DNA from: Octopus bimaculoides
Lineage: Eukaryota
Reading direction: 5' to 3'
Assembly (NCBI RefSeq): GCF_001194135.2
Contig: NC_068984.1
Coordinates: 9,828,675 to 9,867,604 of the forward strand
DNA: 38,930 nt
This document shows, piece after piece, positions 22,990 through 34,419 of this stretch (position 1 is its first letter; every line of letters begins with the position of its first letter). The notes under the pieces were generated by a model. That model did no database searches and had not been told where the DNA came from. It saw nothing but the letters and a program-made list of their open reading frames with translations. Position numbers and translations under genes: made by a program.

Positions 22990-23225
22990 TCCCAAATTTT
23001 ATTTAATTTGCTTTGCGGGAAGGACTGTTTCAACGAAGTTGCATATTGTCCTTGCCTTCGAAATGCGGAGTAGATGGAACAGGGACAACTGACGAAAGGG
23101 TATACTCTTTATGTTGCATGTCTCGTTTCTCTGTTTGTTTTTTTCGTTGTTCGAAAAATATTCGTTTTTATGTTTTCATTTCTCATTGTGTTTAACGTTT
23201 TTTTGATGTTCTGTACCCATATATG
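22990..23225. repeat. Interspersed repeat, copy 1 (copy 2 at 26400-26640)
   Basis: Near-identical ~235-bp sequence (aaattttatttaatttgctttgcgggaaggactgtt...gggacaactgacgaa...ttctgtacccatatat) in RBM17 introns 1 and 4. Confidence 0.85.
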
Positions 23226-23392
23226 CATGTATGTATACATATAGATGTAGGTATGTTCGGCAAAAGAGACTGGTGTGGTTGATTTGTTCGACTAAAGGCG
23301 GTGCTCCAGCATGGCTGCAGTCAAATTACTGAAACAAATAAAAGAAATATATATATATATAAGTGATATATCTTCCTCTTGTGTTTTTGCAG

Positions 23393-23466
23393 CTGGTTGG
23401 TCTTCTGCCTACAAATTATTACATTCTCAGTTACAAGCTAAGAAAGTAGCCTCTCTTCAAAACAAG
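23393..23466 (+). CDS. RBM17: RBM17 coding exon 2 (SGWSSAYKLLHSQLQAKKVASLQNK)
   Basis: Acceptor gtgtttttgcag ends at 23392, donor GTTTGT at 23467. Matches the SPF45 GWS..KLLQSQLQ segment. Confidence 0.92.
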
Positions 23467-24005
23467 GTTTGTATTATGATTATTATAAATATTTCTCTTT
23501 GGGTCACCCCTATACTTCTTGCTTTATCATCATCATCATCATTATTATCATCATCATCGTCACCATCGTTTAATGTCTGTTAGATAACTATTTTTGTCTT
23601 TATTATTTACTTACTCACCCCTGAAGGCGACCTCTATGTGGTTGATTGATATACAAGAAATAGCAGTCAAATCTGTCCCAAATCACATCTTAACTGTCTT
23701 GGGAAACAAAGGGTACACTAGATAATGTAGTTCTAGATATCCCTGAGAAGTTGTGGTAGGCATGGTTGGAATGCCTTTGAACACATGCCTGCTCACTGAA
23801 AAATATGACTAAGTTATTGGATTGATACATAGGTGAATGTATGGCTGTATGGTTAAGAAGTTTGCTTCCCAACCACATGGTTCTGGGTTCAGTCCTACTG
23901 CATGGAACCTTGGACAAGTGTCTTCTACGATAGCCTCGAGCCATTCAACGCCTTGTGAGTAGATTTGGCAGACGGAAACTGAAAGAAGCCCCTCATGTGT
24001 GTGTT

Positions 24006-24047
<42 letters not shown>

Positions 24048-24466
24048 CACACATATATAGTGTGTGTGTGTGTATGTTTGTCTCCTTGTCTTGACATTGT
24101 ATGGTAGTTGTAAATGATTGCGATTAAGTCTTTCATGTTCAATATTCTGTGTAAAAATGTCTGGCCCTGGGGAAATATTACCTTGATTGGAAACAGGTAA
24201 GGTTAGGAACAGGAAGAGCATCCAGCTGACTACCTTAATAAACTCCTTCCAACCCATGCAAGGATGGAAAAGCATGTATGAGTGTGTGTGTTCTAATATT
24301 TGACAAATATTGAAAGAAAATATTGAGATTTAAAAAGGAATCAAAGTTAGTTTCCATTTCATGTTTGTTGGATATTTCATCTTATCTTCCTTTTTTCCCT
24401 CCAACTTATTGCTGTTTTTCTGTTCATAATTATATTGTTGTTGTTGTTTTGTTTTGTTGTTTACAG

Positions 24467-24565
24467 CGACAGAAACAGACCCCGATTATGGCACCTGTTG
24501 TGGACCTAAAAAGACACGCTGACCTTACTGATCAACCTCTACATTTTAACCAACAGACTGGTCGC
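24467..24565 (+). CDS. RBM17: RBM17 coding exon 3 (RQKQTPIMAPVVDLKRHADLTDQPLHFNQQTGR)
   Basis: Acceptor ttgtttacag ends at 24466, donor GTAAGT at 24566, 99 nt, phase 0/0, APVVDLKR motif. Confidence 0.93.
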
Positions 24566-26133
24566 GTAAGTATTAAACTGTAAATAACACCAGTGAAGAA
24601 ACACTGGGCTCCCCCCACCCAATGATAGTACCAATTAAATGTGCAGCTTTTTAAGTCCCCCACCCAAATTAATTTATTCTTCTTTGTTAATGATGTTAAT
24701 CAGCAAAGGAATCCTAATTGTTGTATCATTATCCTGTCTACCTACCTTGACTCTGCCCTAAATTCAACCCTGCTTCTACACCTCCCACACACATAACCGC
24801 ACACATACACACACACCACACACACACAGTTACAATGACTGTGGCCTATCTTACTCGTAGAAGTCTTACTGCTGCTTGCTTTGTGCATTATTTAATTCCC
24901 TGTTTAGTTTGATCGATGTATTGTCATCATCATCGTTTAACGTCTGCTTTCCATGCTGGCATGGGTTGGATAATTTGACTGGGGACTAGCGAACCAGATG
25001 GCTACACCAGACTCCAGTCTGATCTGGCAGAGTTTCTACAGGTTGATGCCCTTCCTAACGCCAACCACTCCGAGAGTGTAGTGGGTGCTTTTTACGTGAC
25101 ACCTGCACGAGGTCCAGTCTGGCGGTACTGGCAACGGCCACGCTCAAATGGTGTTTTTTATGTGCCACCTGCACAGGAGTCAGTCCAATGTTTTCTTCAC
25201 ATGCCACCGGCACAAGTGACAGCAAGGCGAAGCTGGAAACGATAGCGCTCAAATTGTGCTTTTAACGTGCCACCGGCACGGAAGTGAGACCGCTGCTCTG
25301 GCAGTGATCCCGATCGGATGGTGCTGTTCGCGCACCACTGGCACTGGTGCCAGTCATCGAATTTGGTTCAGTGGCAAAATAGAGTTGAACATTCAAGAGA
25401 CCAGCTGAAGTTATAGTTCTTTTATATAAAGTACACACACACACATATATGTGTGTATATTTATGAATTAATTGCTTGTCGGGACACTATTCTGTTTTGT
25501 CATTTTGATATCCTACCAAGTCAATATTGTGTCCTACTTCTTGTGTTAGCAGTGCGATTTAATCTCTTTTAAGTTGTCTCTTCAGATTTTCTGAAAGTTA
25601 TGATGTTTTGTATACAAATATGTCTATGTAAACAATGTGACCAAAGATAGGTAATGGGTGTATATGCATATTTTGGGAATTATTGTTCTTTCATCAGCAT
25701 CATATCCAACCCATTAACTATTCCCCACACATTGCTTAAATAGCCACTAAGTTTAGAGGTGTAGCCCTATAGAATCGACCAATTTACATAATAAACGCAT
25801 TCGTGGCAAGTGATATATATATTTATATATAGTTTTGTATAGAAAGAAATTGTTCTTTCTAGGGGTGTCTTACATCCAAGTGTCCACTGGTTTATCTCTA
25901 CATCGATTAATTTATAGATGTTTTCATCTATTCAATATATGAAAACAGAATTCTAGTTATATAATATAAAGAAAATTGTAACTTAGCAGTTCGGTGAAAG
26001 GCATTGCTCCAGCATGGCCCCAGACCAAGTAATAAAAGATAAAATAGCTATAATTTTAGTATTGCAAAGATTATTGGTGTGTTTCTGTGACGGGGGAATT
26101 AAAGTGATATATTTTATTTCATTTTCTTTTCAG

Positions 26134-26333
26134 TTAGAACGAGGCCCTCCTGCTTCCTTGGGTAGCTCACCGTTTATAGCATCAGAACCTGTTCCATCCC
26201 TAACAGGGGTCACAGACGAGTATGATCCTTTAAGACCCAACGAATATGAAGAAATTGTGAAAAAGAGAAGGGAACAGAGACAGAAGGAGCGTGAGGAAGA
26301 AAAAATAAAGAAAGATAAAGACCGCGATGAAAA
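26134..26333 (+). CDS. RBM17: RBM17 coding exon 4 (LERGPP...DEYDPLRPNEYEEIVKKRREQRQKEREEEKIKKDKDRDE)
   Basis: Acceptor ttttcttttcag ends at 26133, donor GTATGT at 26334. Contains the SPF45 DEYDP motif and a charged helix. Confidence 0.95.
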
Positions 26334-26399
26334 GTATGTGTCTATATATGGGCGTGTGTGTATGTGTGTGTGTGCATATGTATATATGTAAATTCCAAA

Positions 26400-26640
26400 A
26401 AATTCCAAATTTTATTTAATTTGCTTTGCGGGAAGGACTGTTCCAACGAAGTCGCATATTGTCCTTGCCTTTGAAACGCGGAGTAGATGGAACAGGGACA
26501 ACTGACGAAGGGATAGACTCTTTATGTTGCATGTCTCGTTTCTCAGTTTGTTTTTTTCGTTGTTCGAAAAATGCTCATTTTCTGTTTTCGTTTCTCATTG
26601 TGTTTAACATTTTTCTTGATGTCCTGTACCCATATATTTA
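26400..26640. repeat. Interspersed repeat, copy 2 of 22990-23225
   Basis: Same orientation. The spurious ORFs at 23013 and 26426 are nearly identical. Confidence 0.85.
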
Positions 26641-27122
26641 AATATTATATATATATATATATATATACATTCATCATTAATTGAGTGCCCTTCATTTTAA
26701 TGCCACCGTGAAATTGTGTTTATTGCCAGTACTGCCTAAGTGGCCCACGTGCCGGTGGCACGTAAAAGCACCCACTACACTCTCGGAGTGGTTGGTGTTA
26801 GGAAGGGCATCCAGCTGTAGAAACTCTGCCAGATCAGAGGTTGGAGCCTGGTGCAGCCATCTGGTTCACCAGTCCTCAGTCAAATCATCCAACCCATGCT
26901 AGCATGGAAAGCAGACATTAAACATTGATGATGATGATGATGAACTATCCAAAGTGCTGGTTCCACTGTGTGGTACCTTAGGCAAGTGTCTTCAGCTCTA
27001 AACCTGGGCTAAAGAAAGCTTTGTGAGTGAACTTAGAGGATTGAAATGCAAAGTAGCCTGTTGTATACGTGTGTGTGTGTGTTTTATAATTACTTATGGA
27101 TCTCTTTCTATAATGTTTAAAG

Positions 27123-27283
27123 TGTAACTTTGCCAAGCCGAGGAACACCAACCTGGCCAGAACCCCCACCACCACCTCCACCTCCTATTGTTAACACACC
27201 AGAACCAACCAGTGAAATGGAGCGGGGAAGGAGACGGGAGGAGGAGAATGAGGAAGAAGAGGAATATGAAAAACCCAAACGTC
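27123..27283 (+). CDS. RBM17: RBM17 coding exon 5 (long form; alternative in-frame start at 27213)
   Basis: Phase-2 entry is satisfied by AG at 27121-27122 (after tctctttctataatgttta) and by AG at 27211-27212. The frame VTLPSRGTPTWPEPPPPPPPPIVNTPEPTSEMERGRRREEENEEEEEYEKPKR is open. Donor GTAAGT at 27284. The 3' part is secure; the 5' boundary is uncertain. Confidence 0.8.
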
Positions 27284-27439
27284 GTAAGTTGCCTTTAATT
27301 AAATAAAACCAAAAAAACAGAAGCCATTTGTTTATGGAATGAAAGATGTTGAGGTGTTGTTGTATAAGATTTCCAAATTGTTACTATTTGTGTGAATACA
27401 ACACATTATATGTATTTTCTTGTTTGTGTTTATAACCAG

Positions 27440-27508
27440 CTGCCTCTGGAGTGGCCATCCCTCCACCTATATCCCTTATTGAAGAAGATACAGTAGCTAA
27501 CCCAGAAG
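27440..27508 (+). CDS. RBM17: RBM17 coding exon 6 (PASGVAIPPPISLIEEDTVANPE)
   Basis: Acceptor tgtttataaccag ends at 27439, donor GTGAGT at 27509. Matches the SPF45 AIAPP.SL.E segment. Confidence 0.93.
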
Positions 27509-27760
27509 GTGAGTGACCAAAATATTTTGTTCTCTTTTACTTGTTTCGGTCATTTGACTGCGGCCATGCTGGGGCACTGCCTTTAGTCAAGCAAAGCAAC
27601 CCCAGGACTTATTCTTTGGGAGCATAGTACTTATTCTATCGGTTTCTTTTACTAAACCGCTAAGTAACGGGAACATGAACACACCAACATCGGTTGTCAA
27701 GCGATGTTGGGGGGGACAAACCCAGGCACACAAACATATACACACACATACATATATATA

Positions 27761-27972
27761 CAGGGTGTCCACAAAGTCTGGCTACGTGGAGTATATAAAA
27801 TCATAACATAAACAATTAAATATAAGAAATAATAATTTCTTAAAGTATGTGTTAATCCCCATGTGGGTACATGGAGTAAGTAAAATCATAACAAAAACAA
27901 TTAAATATAAAAAATAATAATTTCTTAAAGTATGTGTTAATCCTCATGTACCCAGACTTTGTGGTCACCCTG
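27761..27972. mobile_element. Tc1/mariner-like MITE
   Basis: 21-bp TIRs CAGGGTGTCCACAAAGTCTGG / CCAGACTTTGTGGTCACCCTG (1 mismatch), TA on both sides, an interior of two ~85-bp direct repeats, and insertion in the (TA)n tract of a family-A SINE. Confidence 0.85.
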
Positions 27973-28400
27973 TATATACATATATACATGATGGGCTTCT
28001 TTCAGTTTCCGTCTACCAAATCCACTCACAAGGCTTTGGTCGGCCTGAGGCTATAGTAGAAGACACTTGCCCAAATGCCACGCTGTGGGACTGAACCCGG
28101 AACAATGTGGTTGGTAAGCAAGCTACTTACCACACAGCCACTCCTGCGCCTATTTTGATCTGTTTTACTAGTTGTTGTTGGCTTTGTTGTTTAGACCTGA
28201 GCAAGCCTATGATCAGAGCTATACCAGCCATGCCCATCCTGTTTTTTTTGTGAATTTCAAGGATTACATTGTTTCAGTGTATCTTATAGATAGGATGTGT
28301 TTTGAGAGGCTTTTGGCTTCTATTTCTAGTAGCCTGGGTGACTGCATATGTATGTTCTTTCCCTGACTCCTCTTTAAGTATTCAATTTCTTACTGCCACG

Positions 28401-28439
<39 letters not shown>

Positions 28440-28529
28440 NNNNNNNNNNTATGTGTGTGTGTGTATAAATATATGTATGTGTGTGTGAGTGTATAAATAT
28501 GTATGTGTGTGTGTGTATATGTGTATTAA

Positions 28530-28990
28530 TCATTGTCACTGTTTAACATCTGCCTTCCATGGTGGCATGGCTGGGGCGGTTTGACTGGAGCCAGCCAGGC
28601 AGAAGCCTGCACCAGACTTTTGCAACTGTTTTGGCAGGATTCTTACAGCTGGATGCCCTTCGTAACACCAGCCACCCAACAGAGTGGACTTAGTGCTTTT
28701 TACGTGGCACAAGCACAGGTGAGATCAGTTTTGGCAAGGTTTTTGCGGCTGGATGCCTTTCCAGATGCCAACCACTTTACAGTGTGGACCGGGTGCTTTT
28801 TAAGTGGCACCTGCACTGACAGGGTCACCAAGTAAGTACCTTGCAAGCCAAAAAAAAGAAAAATTTTTTGAGAGGGGAGGGGGCATTGGAGGAGGTAATC
28901 TTGTGTCAGATGACAAAAGGTTTATAGTGAGACAGAAAGAGAGAAAGAAGTACCTTGGAGGTTCAAGGTTACCCAGCCAGAGAGAGGGAA
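28530..28990 (-). mobile_element. Inverted copy of the 35190-35640 element
   Basis: The spurious ORFs 28533-28835(+) and 35332-35628(-) align without gaps, and similarity continues through ggcattggag.aggt.atcttgtgtcagatga... Confidence 0.8.
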
Positions 28991-29202
28991 AGAGAGAGAT
29001 CAGGCATAAATATGAACTTGTGTGTGTATTTCTTATTTGTGTTTGCTCTAGTGACATAACTACCCCTACTGTTTCTTGTGTTTGTGTACCCAGATGTGAG
29101 TGCATGTATGTCTGTGTCCCCTCATTCTAACAATGCTTGATCCTTTTTTCGATTTTTATTTATTTGTATGACACGCAAATGTATTCTGTTACTCTTTTGT
29201 AG

Positions 29203-29275
29203 AAACGCCAGAGGCCGCACCAAACAACGAGAGACCGTCATCACCGCCACCATTAGGATTCAGCATGGGACTTGG
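29203..29275 (+). CDS. RBM17: RBM17 coding exon 7 (ETPEAAPNNERPSSPPPLGFSMGLG)
   Basis: Acceptor actcttttgtag ends at 29202, donor GTAAGT at 29276. Phase 1 in and phase 2 out exactly bridge exons 6 and 8. Confidence 0.85.
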
Positions 29276-29449
29276 GTAAGTTTGTATTGCCACTGTAATA
29301 ATACCTTGTGGTTGTTGTAACAAATGATTACAGAGAGAACTGGTTGTTCTCTATGATGGTGTGGTCATGTGTATAACAGAAGGGGATCTGTTGTAAGTGG
29401 GGCTCTAGAAAGAGTTGAGAGAAGTAGTTTTTCTTTTGTTTGTTTCAGT

Positions 29450-30042
29450 CATAAGTGTCACACCCTAGCAGTTGAGGGAACCTGTGGAAGAGGTAGACCC
29501 AGGAAGACCTGGGATGAGGTGGTGAAGCACAACCTTCGAACATTGGGCCTCACCGAAGCAGTGACTAGTGACTTTGGAGATATGCTGTGCTTGAGAAGAC
29601 CCGACAAGCCAAGTGAGACCATAACCCATGGCCTATGCCAGTGGTGTATAACCAGCCTACTTATGAGAAGCCTTCATTCATTGGACAATAAACTTTGCTT
29701 GTTGAGGCAAGTGAAATCAAAGTCGCTGATGTAGCCGATGACAGTACTGCCCGATTGGCACTCATGCTAGTGGAACGTTAAAAGCACCATCTGAGTGTGA
29801 TCATTGCCAGGGCCATGGATTGGCTCCTNNNNNNNNNNTGCCAGTGGAACGTTAAAAGCACCATCTGAGCGTGATTATTGCCAGGGCCACTGAATGGCTC
29901 CCGTGCCAGTGGCACATAAAAAGCACTATTTGAGCATGATTGTTGCCAGTGTAGCCTTACTGGCACATTCAAGCGTGGTTGTTGCCAGTACCACCTGACT
30001 GGCCCTCATGCTGGTGGCACGTAAAAGCACCCACTACACTTT
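29450..30042 (+). mobile_element. RTE-LINE ORF end plus 3' UTR with minisatellite units
   Basis: KCHTLAVEGTCGRGRPRKTWDEVVKHNLRTLGLTE followed by gttgaggcaagtgaaatc and taaaagcacc units. It is truncated at about 30042, where an opposite-strand copy (30043-30345) begins. Confidence 0.8.
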
Positions 30043-30694
30043 CGGATTGGACAGTTTGACCAGGGCTGGCATGCTGCACCAGACTCCAGTCTGATTTGGC
30101 ATGGTTTTCTACAGCTGAATGCCCTTCCTAATACCAACCACTCCGAGAGTATAATGGGTGCTTTTACGTGCCACCGACATGGGTGCCATTTGCATGACAC
30201 TGGTATCTGCCATGACTGCAATTTTGCTTGGCTTGACGAGTCTTCTCAAGCACAGCATAATACCAAAGGTCTCAGTCATTGCCTCTGTGAAGCCCTCCAT
30301 GAGGCCCAACGCTCGAAAGGAACTCAGCCACTTTGTCTCCGTCAGGCCCATATATAAAATAATAGCATGTAGAATACTAGGTTGCTTTGGTACTGGCATA
30401 TGGCGTATGGTTAAGAGCACAGGCTACTAACCCCAAGATTCTGAGTTCAGTTCCAGGAAGTGACCTGAATAATAATAATAATAATAATAATGTGCGGGTG
30501 ACACGTAAAAGCACCCACTACACTCTCTGAGTGGTTGGCGTTAGGAAGGGCATCCAGCTGTAGAAACTCTGCCAAATTGGATTGGAGCCTGGTGTTGCCA
30601 TCCAGTTTCACCAGTCCTCAGTCAAATCGTCCAACCCATGCTAGCATGGAAAGCGGACGTTAAACGATGATGATGATGATGATGATGATGAATG

Positions 30695-30729
<35 letters not shown>

Positions 30730-30808
30730 TGTATGCCATACTACAGAATATATTTTCATGCATAACCTTTCAACTTTGTTCCTCTTTGTTGTATTTCATT
30801 GATTGTAG

Positions 30809-30960
30809 TGGTTCCATTGCTTCGAAGATTATGGCTAAATATGGTTATAAAGAAGGGCAAGGCTTAGGTAAACAAGAACAAGGTATGAGTACGGCCTTGT
30901 TTGTGGAGAAAACCAGCAAACGTGGTGGTAAAATCATACATGAAAAGGACATGCAAAAAG
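30809..30960 (+). CDS. RBM17: RBM17 coding exon 8, G-patch domain
   Basis: Acceptor ttcattgattgtag ends at 30808, donor GTATGT at 30961. Encodes GSIASKIMAKYGYKEGQGLGKQEQGMSTALFVEKTSKRGGKII. Confidence 0.97.
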
Positions 30961-31498
30961 GTATGTAGAAAGTGTTTATAATCTATTTATATATGCTGGT
31001 GGCATGTAAAAAGCACCATTTGATTGTGGCCAATGCCAGTGCTGCCTGACTAGCTCCCATGCCACCAGCACTAATGCGATTGCCATGCAACTTCCAAGAC
31101 AGGGAAGAACAAAAATAGTGGAACAGCCCCTTCAACTCACTTGAGGAAATATTTGCGAGTGGGAGCACTGACGTTATGCCAAGGACAAGCAGAGGTGTCC
31201 TGATATATATATACATGGCTACCCCGCATTATATAAGGGTGGGTGAGAGTTATTGGGAAGAAAATAAGTTGGTAGTGATGCTAGTGTTCTGAGTTCAAAT
31301 TCTGTGGTGGTCGACTTTGTTCATTTTTCTAGGGTTGATAAAATGAGAATCAGTCAAATACTGGGAGCTTATATAGTTTAATTGACTAACCCTTTCTCTA
31401 AATTTCTGGCAGTAGCCTTATAGTAGAAACGATTATTTTTAATATATAGCTACTTAATAAAAAATTCTTAAAGTATTTTTTCTGCGTTTTTCTTCAAG

Positions 31499-31569
31499 AT
31501 CCACCTCGAGATATGACAGTTACCAATTCCAATTTACTGAAACATCCATCGAAAGTGATATTGTTGCGG
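31499..31569 (+). CDS. RBM17: RBM17 coding exon 9 (DPPRDMTVTNSNLLKHPSKVILLR)
   Basis: Acceptor ttttcttcaag ends at 31498, donor GTAAGT at 31570. PSKVILLR is the start of the UHM. Confidence 0.94.
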
Positions 31570-31639
31570 GTAAGTGAAGATTCTTTGTATTTCTGTTACT
31601 ATAAAAGTGGAATATTGTTTCAAATGATATGATGATTGT

Positions 31640-32140
31640 GGAGTGGAGGTATCTGTCAGACAGAGTAAGTGGCTGGTATTTCTCACTTGCAGTGTTTCCT
31701 TCATAGGTTAGCTCAGGGTGAAAGGGAGACTGTATGATGCATGTGTGCAAACTGCCATGCTACACGGCAGTGAAACATGGGCCATGTATGCTGAGGACAT
31801 GTGGAGGTTTGAAAGAAATGAAGCTAGCATGATCCGCTGGATGTGTATGTCAGCATGCATACATGACAGAGTGTAAGTGCCCTGAGAGAAAAGTTGGACA
31901 TAAGAAGCATCAGATATGGTGTGCAAGAGAGGCAACTGCACTGGTATGGTCATGTGTTGTGTATGGATGAGGACAGTGCCACACACTAACTGTGGAAGAA
32001 ATCTGTGGAAGAGGTAGACCCAGGAAGACATGGGATGAGGTGGTGAAGCATGACCTTCAAACATTAAACCTCACAGAAGTAATGACAGGAGACCAGGACC
32101 TTTGGAGATACACGGTGATTGTGAAGACCCAGCAACTAAA
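31640..32140 (+). pseudogene. RTE-clade LINE reverse transcriptase C-terminal remnant
   Basis: Frameshifted translation LRVKGRLYDACVQTAMLHGSETWAM..RFERNEASMIRWMC...LREKLDIRSI...WYGHV..MDED...GRGRPRKTWDEVVKHDL, the hallmark RTE C-terminus. Confidence 0.85.
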
Positions 32141-33287
32141 ATGAGATTGCAGCCATGCATGTCTGGCCCTGTGTCCCACTGCATGGCACCTTGGGCAAAT
32201 GTCTTCTACTGTAGCCATGTGAGTAGATTTCGTTGAAGGAAACTGAAAGAAGCCTCTTGTATATGTGTTTGTCTTCGTGTTTATATCTGCCCCCACCACC
32301 ACTTGGTGACTGGTGTTGGTTTGTTTACATTCCTGTAACTGTGCAGTTTGGTAAAAGAAGCTGATAGAATAGGTACCAGTTTTTAAAACTAAGTAACGGG
32401 GTCAGTTTGTTTGACTAAAAATCCTTCAAAGCATGGACGCAATCCAATGACTGAAAGGCAAACGATAAAAATAAAAAAAAGGGTTCTCCCTTCTCAAAGG
32501 GTTAGGGTGTGGCATTTGAGGAAAACTCTATAAGACTCCCTGAAGAGAAAGAGAGAGCTGTCAATGTCCATAGAAGTGTATCTGTTGGCAATCATTCCCT
32601 GCTTCTCATTTCAACAATCAATACATGTAGCATAGTTATCTCCCTTCATTCAACGATCAAATAAACACACAATCACCATCGTCATCATTTAACGTCCACT
32701 TTTCCATGCTTGCATGGGTTAGGAGGAATTCTTTGAGGCAAATTTTGTTCAGCTGGATGCCCTCCTTGTTATCAAGCAAGGTAATATTTCCTCATGGCTG
32801 GATATGTTTCCATAGAAGACTAGAAACAAAGAACATGGCTTGCTTAATGGTGATGCTTGTTTACAACTGTCACATAATAATCAAAATATAGGGGCACACA
32901 CACACACACACACACACATTTTTCTTTTTACAAGGCTCCGGCACCAGTGATTTTTTTATGTGGCACTGCTGGTGATGGTGCCACATAAAAAGCACCCAGC
33001 ACACTCTGCAAAGTGGTTGGCATTAGGAATGGCATCCAGCCATAAAATAACCATGACAAAACAGACCTCACCTGTGCTGGTGCAATGCGGAAAGCACCCA
33101 GTCTACTCTGTAAAGCGGTTGGTGATAGGAAGAGCGTCCAACCATAAAAACCATGCCAAAAGAGACAGTAGAGCTTGGTGCAGTCCTCTGGCTTGCCACC
33201 TCCTGTCAAACTGTCCAGCCCCCATGCCAACATGGAAGACAAATGTTAAATGAGGATGACATATAACATATAACATATATATAAATG

Positions 33288-33337
<50 letters not shown>

Positions 33338-33836
33338 TATATATATCATCATCATCATCATCGTTTAATGTCCGCTTTCCATGCTAGCATGGGTTGGACG
33401 ATTTGACTGGGGACTAGTGAACCAGATGGCTACACCAGGCTCCAATCTGATTTGGCAGAGTTTCTACAGCTGGATGCCCTTCCTAACACNNNNNNNNNNN
33501 NNNNNNNNNNNNNNNNNNNNNNNNNNNNNNNNNNNNNNNNNNNNNNNNNNNNNNNNNNNNNNNNNNNNNNNNNNNNNNNNNNNNNNNNNNNNNNNNNNNN
33601 NNNNNNNNNNNNNNNNNNNNNNNNNNNNNNNNNNNNNNNNNNNNNNNNNNNNNNNNNNNNNNNNNNNNNNNNNNNNNNNNNNNNNNNNNNNNNNNNNNNN
33701 NNNNNNNNNNNNNNNNNNNNNNNNNNNNNNNNNNNNNNNNNNNNNNNNNNNNNNNNNNNNNNNNNNNNNNNNNNNNNNNNNNNNNNNNNNNNNNNNNNNN
33801 NNNNNNNNNNNNNNNNNNNNNNNNNNNNNNNNNNNN

Positions 33837-33879
<43 letters not shown>

Positions 33880-34135
33880 ATATATGCTGCTTGGTTGCTT
33901 CTTTTGCTTTTGCTTTGTATTCTTGCTTGATGGCGCATGCTAGATAACCAGAGCTTGGTGCAGCTCTCTCCAGCTTACCAGCTCTTATTTCTTTATTGCC
34001 CACAAGGGGCTAAACATAGAGGGGACAAACAAGGACAGACAAACCAAACCATCCAACCCATGACAGCATGGTAAACAGACTTTAAATGATGATGATGATG
34101 ATATGTAAATGCTAACACCACTGATTTGTTTTCAG

Positions 34136-34234
34136 AATATGGTTGGGTCTGGTGAAGTTGACGATGATTTAGAACCAGAAACTGCTGAGGAATGTGCCAA
34201 ATATGGTAAAGTGGTCAAATGCTTGATATTTGAG
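34136..34234 (+). CDS. RBM17: RBM17 coding exon 10, UHM (NMVGSGEVDDDLEPETAEECAKYGKVVKCLIFE)
   Basis: Acceptor tttgttttcag ends at 34135, donor GTGAGT at 34235, 99 nt. Confidence 0.97.
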
Positions 34235-34419
34235 GTGAGTTTATTTGATATTTCACATCTCTTCTCTTCCTCGCTTTTCCATTCCATGCACTGTGCTTAC
34301 CCCCCCCCCCNNNNNNNNNNNNNNNNNNNNNNNNNNNNNNNNNNNNNNNNNNNNNNNAATCCTGTCCTCTTGGTCCTGTCTCATTGTATCATTGCTATCT
34401 GCTGGCTCCTGACCTCTGT

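Noticed and set aside
23050-23100. Permuted (type II) hammerhead from GAAA...CTGACGA in the 22990/26400 repeat
   Set aside because: Stem I cannot form next to a cleavage triplet and stem II pairing overlaps the core. It is kept only as a possible pseudoknot.
28533-28835. Recurrent ORFs such as HGW.GLTG...LQLDALPNANH
   Set aside because: These are antisense or alternative-frame readings of the non-coding RTE 3' terminal block, not genes.
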